32,000 nt of DNA from Rhodobacter capsulatus SB 1003 (GTDB lineage: Bacteria > Pseudomonadota > Alphaproteobacteria > Rhodobacterales > Rhodobacteraceae), in NCBI RefSeq assembly GCF_000021865.1, contig NC_014034.1, positions 2,640,001 to 2,672,000 on the forward strand, given 5' to 3'. The notes beneath the pieces were generated by a model, which saw nothing but the letters and a program-made list of their open reading frames with translations, made no database searches and was not told the DNA's origin. Numbering within the stretch: position 1 is the first letter of the stretch; the number at the start of each line of letters is the position of its first letter. A program made the translations under genes and the position numbers. Positions 26,216 to 32,000 of this stretch are shown here, piece after piece.

Positions 26216-27790
26216 TCAATCGACAAACAGATAATCGGTCGCCGCGATCTGATGTGCAAGAGCGGGCGCGATGCCCAGAAAGGCCGCCAGCGGGACGGCA
26301 TTCGCCTCGGGGCTGTCGTCCTGGCGCATCCGCAGCAAGACCGGAAAATCCGCGTCCTGCATCTGCTCGCTTTCGTGGCGCAGATCGCTGCGGATCGTCG
26401 GCAAGAGCCGCTCCAGCACCTCGGACGGGGTCGTCTCTCCCGCCAGCCCGACGCGGCGGGCATGGCCGATCAGATAGGCGTCGGTAAAGGTGCATTCGAT
26501 CTCCAGCACCCGCACCGTGCATTTGTCGGCGGCGAAATCCCGCATCAGATCGATCGCCGCCGGATCGAGGCAGACCACCAGCCGGTCGGTCTGATGATGT
26601 TCGAACAGCATCCGCAACAGCGCCCGGCGATGGCGGTTGCGCTTGTCCAGCGAGCGCTCGATCCCGCCCAGATCGGGCAGGCCGCCGGATTCGTTGAAGA
26701 TATACTCCACCGCCGCAAGGCCCGCCTGGCGCCGGACCTGCTCGACCAGACGCTTGGCCACATGCCATTTCTTGCACACGACCAGAAGCAGGGTGCGGTC
26801 GCGGCCAAGGCTGGCCTCGCGTTCCCAAAAGCGCGGCGCGAAGCGGCGCCCCTCGCGGCCGCGCCCGGTCAGGAAGCTGAACAGCACCCGCCCCTCGTTC
26901 GAGACGGTGAAGCTGACGTCGCGCCGGTCCCAAAGGGCGCCGAGGCGGTCCTTCAGCTCCTGCGCGTCGGGGCTGATCTTGCGCGCAAACAGGTAATCTT
27001 GCGACACAAGCAGGTCGTAATGGTCGTTGTAGAAGGTCACCGGCATGCCGTAATCGGTGAACATCAGAAAGGTCAGGGTGCGACGGCGGATCTCGGTCTC
27101 GGGGATCAGATGCGGCACGATGGTCTGAAAGAAGGTCTCGTCCGGGATCCAGGTGGTGCGGAAGAACCGCCGCACGTCGCGGCGGCGGGCGATGAACTCC
27201 AGCACCGCCTCGAGGGTGGTGCGGCGCAGGCACCACCATTGCGAGCCGATCATCATCTGCAGGTCTTCGGGCACCTTGCGGGTCAGGCCCAGCCGCTTTT
27301 GCCATTCGAAGGAGGTGTAGAACAGCGTCTTTTGCGTGCGTTCGTTGAACCAGTGCCGATAGGCGAGCCGTTCTTCCTTGAAGCCGGTCTTGATCCAGTC
27401 CGAGGCGTAGAAATCGAAACATTCGATGTAATCGGCCTCCTCGGCATCGAGGAAGCGATGCGCATAATCGGCGGATTTGATCTGCATGCAATCGCCCGAG
27501 AGCATGTAAAAATGCGTCGCCTGCGGAAAGGCCTCGAGCGCCGCTTCGGCCGCCGAGAGCGTCGCGGCGACCAGGCTCCATTCCCCCCAGCCGCATTTGT
27601 GCCGCCTGCGCGCGAAGGTGACGGCGGGATTGGTCTGCAGCGCGGCGCGGATCAGCGCGTAATCGTCGCGGCTGGCGCGGGCATCGAAATGAATCGCGAC
27701 GAAATCCCCCGCCGAGGTCAGCCGTTCGGCCTGCGCGATGATCCCTTCGGGGTCCTTGTGGGTCAGCAGGATGAAGGCGATTTTTGCCAT
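26216..27790 (-). CDS. GT14-like (Core-2/I-branching type) glycosyltransferase with a ~230-aa uncharacterised C-terminal extension
   Basis: The N-terminal ~290 aa carries IAFILLTHKDPEG...VAIHFDARAS...CGWGEWSLVAATL...FYMLSGDCMQIK...MIGSQWWCLRR...DETFFQTI, resembling the Branch (PF02485) pattern. I cannot assign the remaining sequence. The ATG is at 27790. Confidence 0.7.
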   Translation of the reverse strand: MAKIAFILLTHKDPEGIIAQAERLTSAGDFVAIHFDARASRDDYALIRAALQTNPAVTFARRRHKCGWGEWSLVAATLSAAEAALEAFPQATHFYMLSGDCMQIKSADYAHRFLDAEEADYIECFDFYASDWIKTGFKEERLAYRHWFNERTQKTLFYTSFEWQKRLGLTRKVPEDLQMMIGSQWWCLRRTTLEAVLEFIARRRDVRRFFRTTWIPDETFFQTIVPHLIPETEIRRRTLTFLMFTDYGMPVTFYNDHYDLLVSQDYLFARKISPDAQELKDRLGALWDRRDVSFTVSNEGRVLFSFLTGRGREGRRFAPRFWEREASLGRDRTLLLVVCKKWHVAKRLVEQVRRQAGLAAVEYIFNESGGLPDLGGIERSLDKRNRHRRALLRMLFEHHQTDRLVVCLDPAAIDLMRDFAADKCTVRVLEIECTFTDAYLIGHARRVGLAGETTPSEVLERLLPTIRSDLRHESEQMQDADFPVLLRMRQDDSPEANAVPLAAFLGIAPALAHQIAATDYLFVD

Positions 27791-27936
27791 ATTGGAAACA
27801 AGCCGTGCCAGTTAAGCCCTATTCGCCTAGATACCGTCAAAGGACATTGAAAAAACAGAGGTTCTTTGCTTCAAGGGTAGGAATTCTTGAAGAGTGGTGT
27901 GACAGGCTTGGCGCACTGCGACTGGAGGTTCACATC
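27791..27936. promoter_or_regulatory. AT-richer divergent promoter region between the GT14 and sulfotransferase genes
   Basis: This is the lowest-GC stretch in the window (e.g. GGACATTGAAAAAACAGAGGTTCTTTGC). It contains the 7-bp inverted repeat CTTCAAG-N10-CTTGAAG (27869-27892) around an internal GAATTC. Confidence 0.4.
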
Positions 27937-28755
27937 ATGGGGTTTCCCGGCACCTGGATGACCGAGAGCGAAAGCGTCGTTTATCGGGTCGTTCCGAAAT
28001 GCGCCTGCTCCTCGATCGGGCAGATCATGTTCTATTCCGATCACGGGCGGTTTTTCGACGGCGACATCCATGACAGCACGGCGGGGCTGCACAAGTGGAG
28101 CCAGGACGAAAGCCAAAAGCCGATCGAGGCGAATGTGAAGGCGCACAGATCCTATGCCTTCACCTGCGTGCGCAACCCCTATGCGCGGATCCTGTCGTCC
28201 TTCTTCGACAAGATCGCGGGGATTCAACGGAACGGCAAGCGCTACCGCGGCGCGCTGGTGCCGCAGCTCATTCAGAAATACGGCATCGATGTCGGCAGCC
28301 CGGAAAACGGCTTCGACTTCGATCAGGTGGCCTCGTTCCGCCGCTTTCTGCTGTTCGCGCGCGACACCATCCGCTGGCGCCGCCCGATGGAGCCCGACAT
28401 CCACTGGTCGGCGATGTCGGGGCATATCGCCACTTTCATCGTCAACGGCGGGCGCTATGACCACATCTTCTTCACCGAGAAATTCGACGAGGGCATGCAG
28501 GTCGTCTTGAACAACATCCAGACGCGCCATCCGGTCGATCTGAAGGCGGTGCCGAAGTTCAACGAAAGCGAGGGCCACGGGCCGAAGCGGGCGCATCCGG
28601 TCTCGGCCTATTTCGACGATCTGTCCCGGCATCTGGTCTGGGAGATCTACCGCAAGGATTTTCAGCTGTTCAAATATGATTTCGACAATCCCGACAACAA
28701 GATGCCGGTGGGCGAGATCGATCTGGACGAGGTGCATGTGAAGCTGGGCGATTGA
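27937..28755 (+). CDS. Sulfotransferase-family protein (Sulfotransfer_2/carbohydrate sulfotransferase-like)
   Basis: YRVVPKCACSSIGQI is a 5'-PSB-like PKxxxS/T motif, FTCVRNPYARILSSF is a 3'-PB-like RNPxxR motif, and DIHWSAM is present. The ATG at 27937 follows GGAGG. Confidence 0.75.
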   Translation: MGFPGTWMTESESVVYRVVPKCACSSIGQIMFYSDHGRFFDGDIHDSTAGLHKWSQDESQKPIEANVKAHRSYAFTCVRNPYARILSSFFDKIAGIQRNGKRYRGALVPQLIQKYGIDVGSPENGFDFDQVASFRRFLLFARDTIRWRRPMEPDIHWSAMSGHIATFIVNGGRYDHIFFTEKFDEGMQVVLNNIQTRHPVDLKAVPKFNESEGHGPKRAHPVSAYFDDLSRHLVWEIYRKDFQLFKYDFDNPDNKMPVGEIDLDEVHVKLGD

Positions 28756-28984
28756 GACGGTGTTTCGGGCGGATCAGGAAAAGCACCGCTTTTCCCCGCC
28801 CGCCGCGCAGACGCATCCGCAAGACCGCCTGCCCCAAGCGATGTCAGAGGCCAGGGCCTGCCCCGGCGGGCGAGAAGCGCCCGCCATGGGCGGGGCGGGC
28901 GCTGGCAGAGTGCCTGAAGCACTCGGCGGCCACGGGGCAGCCGTTCCGCGTGACCTCGGCGATGGCCTCGGTCAAGAAGACCTC

Positions 28985-29647
28985 TCAGCCCCCCGCCCGC
29001 CGCGCCTCGAACAGCACCTGGCCGCGCGGCAGCATCCGGTCGTGTTTCGTCAGATCCCAACCCGGGGCGGCGGCCAGAACCTCGCGCTCCGGCACATGCC
29101 GGGGCGGACGGTCGGGATGGGTCACGACGCCATCGGGCTGACGAAAGGCCGCCCCCGCCTGCGCCTCGGGCGCCAGAAACACCGTGAACAGAAAGACTTC
29201 GAGCCGCGGGAACCGGGCCAGATTGGCCAGCGCCCGGCCCAGACAGTCATGCGGCAGATGCGGAAAGACCGCAAAGGCGATGGCATGGGTGATCGCCTCG
29301 GGCACGCCCGGAAAGGCGAAGGCGTCATCCTCGATCAGCTGCGCGGGGTCAAGCCGCGCCGGGTCCGCCAGCTCGGCCGCATGGCCCGCCAGCATCAGAT
29401 CACGCGAGGCATCGGTGCCCCAGTAATGCCCCGGCTCGAGATAGGCGACGGCCTTGCAGCCAAGCCGCAAGGCCCCCGCCCCGATGTCGAGCAGATGATG
29501 GTGGGGCGCCAGCCCCCCCACCTCGCACAGCGCCGCCATCTGCGCCCGCCCGGTCTCGTCCCAGCGCCCGCCGACGATGGCCCGGTGCCGCCCCTCGGCC
29601 AGCGCCTTGCCGTAGAAATCCGGCGCCAGATAGGGCGAGCGGCCCAT
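28985..29647 (-). CDS. Class I SAM-dependent methyltransferase
   Basis: Motif I LLDIGAGALRLG, very high GC3, and a start 3 nt after the stop of the upstream kinase gene. Confidence 0.7.
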   Translation of the reverse strand: MGRSPYLAPDFYGKALAEGRHRAIVGGRWDETGRAQMAALCEVGGLAPHHHLLDIGAGALRLGCKAVAYLEPGHYWGTDASRDLMLAGHAAELADPARLDPAQLIEDDAFAFPGVPEAITHAIAFAVFPHLPHDCLGRALANLARFPRLEVFLFTVFLAPEAQAGAAFRQPDGVVTHPDRPPRHVPEREVLAAAPGWDLTKHDRMLPRGQVLFEARRAGG

Positions 29648-29650
29648 GGA

Positions 29651-30637
29651 TCAGAGCAGCCCGGCCTGTTTGAACTGCGCCAGAATGTCGGTTTCCGGCC
29701 GCGCGCCGTAATGGCTGATCACCTCGGCCGCGGCAATGCAGCCCATCTTGCCCGCCACTTCAAGGCTTTGACCGGTGGCGATGCCATAAAGGAACCCGGC
29801 CGCGAACTGATCGCCCGCCCCCGTCGCATCGACCGGCACCACCCGGTTCACCGGCACTTCCACCCGTTCTTCGCCCCGGATCACCACCACATCGGCGCCC
29901 GAGCGGGTGCAGACCACCAGCCCGCATTCGGAGGCCGCCTGTTGCAGCGCGCTCTCCAGATCGGTCTGGTAGAGCGAGGCCCATTCATGTTCATTGCCCA
30001 GCGCGAAATCCATCTCGTCCCTGACCAGACGGCGGAAGCTGTCGCGATGCCGATCGACGCAGAACGGGTCGGAAAGCGAGATCCCGGCCCGCCCGCCGCC
30101 GCGGTGGCAGCCCTGCGCGGCTTTCAGGAACCCCGCCTTGCCGTGATCCTTGTCGAAAAGATAGCCCTCAAGGAACAGCATCTCGGTGTTCTCGACCACC
30201 TCAAGCGCCACATCCTCGGTCGAAAGCTCGGCCGAGATCCCCAGATAGGTGTTCATCGAGCGCTCGCCATCGGGCGTCACGAAGATCATCGAGCGCGACG
30301 AGGGCAGATCGGCGCCCTTCACCGGCGGGTTCGGGAAATCCGTGCCCTCGGCATTCAGCGCGGCCTTGTAGAAATGGCCCAAAGTGTCATCGGCGACGCG
30401 GCCGATGAAGGCCGCCGTCAGGCCAAGGTTGCCCAGCCCCGCGATCGTGTTGCCGACCGAGCCGCCGGGCGCCTCGGTCCGCTCGGCCATCGCGGCATAA
30501 AGCTTTTCGGCGCGCTCGCGCTCGATCAGCTGCATGATGCCCTTTTCGATGCCCATCGCGGCCAGGAATTCATCGTCACATTGCGCGATCACATCGACGA
30601 TGGCGTTGCCGATGCCGACAATCTGGTATTTCTTCAT
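29651..30637 (-). CDS. PfkB-family carbohydrate kinase, adenosine-kinase-like
   Basis: MKKYQIVGIGNAIVDVI..., GGSVGNT, and DATGAGDQFAAGFLYG (PfkB signature 2). GAGGAGAAG SD. The ATG at 30637 overlaps the nth stop (ATGA). Confidence 0.85.
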   Translation of the reverse strand: MKKYQIVGIGNAIVDVIAQCDDEFLAAMGIEKGIMQLIERERAEKLYAAMAERTEAPGGSVGNTIAGLGNLGLTAAFIGRVADDTLGHFYKAALNAEGTDFPNPPVKGADLPSSRSMIFVTPDGERSMNTYLGISAELSTEDVALEVVENTEMLFLEGYLFDKDHGKAGFLKAAQGCHRGGGRAGISLSDPFCVDRHRDSFRRLVRDEMDFALGNEHEWASLYQTDLESALQQAASECGLVVCTRSGADVVVIRGEERVEVPVNRVVPVDATGAGDQFAAGFLYGIATGQSLEVAGKMGCIAAAEVISHYGARPETDILAQFKQAGLL

Positions 30638-31278
30638 GCGGTCTTCTCCTCGTAACGGCACAGATCCCGGATCAGGCAATCGGCGCAGCGGGGTTTGCGG
30701 GCGGTGCAGATGTAGCGCCCGTGCAGGATCAGCCAGTGATGCGCATGGCGCTGAAATTCCACCGGCACATTGTCTTCGATGGCGCGCTCGACCGCATCGA
30801 CATCCTTGCCCGGACAGATGCCGCTGCGGTTGCCGACGCGGAAGATATGGGTATCGACCGCCTGCGCCGGGTGCCCCCAGCCCATGTTCAGAACGACATT
30901 CGCCGTCTTGCGCCCGACACCGGGCAGGCTGACCAGCGCCGCGCGCGAGGACGGCACCTGCCCGTCGAAGCGCTCGACCAGCAGACGGCTCAGCGCGATC
31001 ACGTTCTTCGCCTTGGTGCGGTAAAGCCCGATCGACTTGATGTGATGGGTCAGGCCTTCCTCGCCCAGGGCCAGCATCTTTTGCGGCGTGTCGGCCACGG
31101 GCCAAAGCGCGCGCGTGGCCTTGTTCACCCCCACATCGGTCGCCTGCGCCGAGAGCGCGACCGCGACCAGCAGGGTAAAGGCGTTCACATGCTCCAGCTC
31201 GCCCTCGGGATGCGGATTGGCCTCCGCAAACCGGCGGAAGACCTCTTTCATCGTCGGATAATCAAGCTGTGCACCCAT
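30634..31278 (-). CDS. nth: Endonuclease III
   Basis: The HhH-GPD region LVSLPGVGRKTANVVL..AVDTHIFRV is present, with the C-terminal 4Fe-4S cluster C-x6-C-x2-C-x5-C (CTARKPRCADCLIRDLC). Confidence 0.93.
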   Translation of the reverse strand: MGAQLDYPTMKEVFRRFAEANPHPEGELEHVNAFTLLVAVALSAQATDVGVNKATRALWPVADTPQKMLALGEEGLTHHIKSIGLYRTKAKNVIALSRLLVERFDGQVPSSRAALVSLPGVGRKTANVVLNMGWGHPAQAVDTHIFRVGNRSGICPGKDVDAVERAIEDNVPVEFQRHAHHWLILHGRYICTARKPRCADCLIRDLCRYEEKTA

Positions 31279-31432
31279 GGCCCCCTTCTGCCCGCCGTTC
31301 CCGCACGGGGCAAGAGGGCGCGCGCAGGATTAACCGAATTCGGCAATTTGCGGACAATTCGCCGCCGCCGTTAACGATTCGTTTGCCGTGACGCGGAAAG
31401 ATGGGCGCGTATCTGCAGGTGCAGGAGGTCAC

Positions 31433-32000
31433 ATGGACTACGGTTATCCGGTTTCGGTGCTGGGCTTCGACGCCGAGCGCGGGCTTTGGTCGCTCGACCA
31501 TGATTTCGACACCGCCACGATGCTCTGGCAGCTTGTGCATGGCGCCGACGGGTCCGAACTGCGCTCCGAACTGCGCGATGCGATGGGCCATGTCGTCGCC
31601 GCGGGGCAGATGACCGCCGATGTGCCGCTGGTGCTGCAAAAACCGGACGGCGGCATGATCCGGCTCGACCGGATCGAGATTGCCGGGGTGCTGTGCCTTT
31701 ACATGGCCTCGGAGCCGCTGACCCCCGGCATCGATTACACCGAGGCCGAGCCCTTCGCCCTGCCCGCCCGCGCCGCCAGCCCCGAGGAAATCGCCGCCCT
31801 GCCCTGCCTGGGCACCGGCACGATGATCGCCACCGCCGAGGGCCCGGCGCCGATCGACTGGCTGCGCCCGGGCGACCGGGTGCTGACGCGCGACAACGGC
31901 TATCAGCCGCTTCTCTGGGTCGGCCAGCACACGATGCCGCGCCGCGCGCCGGCCGAAACCCGGCCGCTGCTGCTTTCCGCCGCCTGTTTCGGCGAGGCGC
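31433..32000 (+). CDS. Hint-domain protein (partial, continues beyond the window)
   Basis: This frame is not in the ORF track because no stop is reached. I translated it by hand from the ATG at 31433, which follows AGGAGG. It gives MDYGYPVSVLGFDAERGLW...ALPCLGTGTMIATAEGPAPIDWLRPGDRVLTRDNGYQPLLWVG, the C-[FL]-x-x-G-T-x-I...GD-x-V-x-T-x-D-x-G-x-Q pattern of Hedgehog/intein-like domains common in Rhodobacteraceae. Confidence 0.75.
   Translation, partial: MDYGYPVSVLGFDAERGLWSLDHDFDTATMLWQLVHGADGSELRSELRDAMGHVVAAGQMTADVPLVLQKPDGGMIRLDRIEIAGVLCLYMASEPLTPGIDYTEAEPFALPARAASPEEIAALPCLGTGTMIATAEGPAPIDWLRPGDRVLTRDNGYQPLLWVGQHTMPRRAPAETRPLLLSAACFGEA

Noticed and set aside
25824-27596. 590-aa minus-strand ORF as a single gene
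   Set aside because: Only its last 126 codons (the HIT protein, 25824-26204) look real. The upstream part overlaps the GT14-like gene in another frame and is a Pro/Arg/Gly string. A TTG start with an AGGAGA SD explains the HIT gene on its own.
26252-27850. 532-aa plus-strand ORF opposite the GT14-like gene
   Set aside because: It is antisense to a gene with GT14-type motifs. The product is low-complexity.
28908-28924. GAGTGC-CTGAA-GCACTC palindrome resembling CIRCE half-sites
   Set aside because: The half-site order is inverted and the spacing is 5 nt instead of 9. It lies between two convergent gene ends, so it is more likely a chance hairpin or a weak terminator.
28760-30655. 631-aa plus-strand ORF opposite the methyltransferase and adenosine-kinase genes
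   Set aside because: It is antisense across two genes with clear PfkB and SAM-binding motifs and across their junction.

Overview
This is a very GC-rich 32-kb chromosomal segment. Hand-counted 60-nt lines range from about 57% to 77% G+C. Gene content and codon style look alphaproteobacterial and Rhodobacteraceae-like, but that is inference because no database search was possible. All family calls come from motifs read in the supplied translations.

I can support 26 protein-coding genes (one runs off the right edge), 2 tRNAs (Ala-GGC on the minus strand, Met-CAU on the plus strand) and one decayed serine-recombinase fragment beside tRNA-Met. I also support a CIRCE operator in front of groES-groEL, several hairpin terminators, and a small family of REP-like GC-hairpin/palindrome elements.

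Housekeeping genes are proS, groES/groEL, polA, nth, family II pyrophosphatase, tRNA 2-selenouridine synthase, a GntR regulator, an acyl-CoA thioesterase, an L,D-transpeptidase, a glutathione peroxidase and a c-type cytochrome.

Accessory-looking content:
- a 1073-aa RTX-type protein built from six super-repeats
- a TonB-dependent receptor with a divergent periplasmic binding protein
- a two-domain protein with a pyruvyl-transferase-like C-terminal half
- a block of GT14-like glycosyltransferase, HIT hydrolase and a divergent sulfotransferase, followed by a SAM methyltransferase and adenosine kinase
- a partial Hint-domain protein

I saw no CRISPR array, intact IS or transposon, prophage, or recognisable defence or toxin-antitoxin system.

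Best follow-up candidates:
- the glycosyl/sulfo/methyl-transfer block at 25.8-30.6 kb
- the modular RTX protein
- the unknown-domain/pyruvyl-transferase fusion
- the REP-like repeat family
- the ~760-bp non-coding GC spacer with an 18-bp perfect inverted repeat

Many long ORFs in the six-frame track are antisense artefacts of high GC and were rejected.
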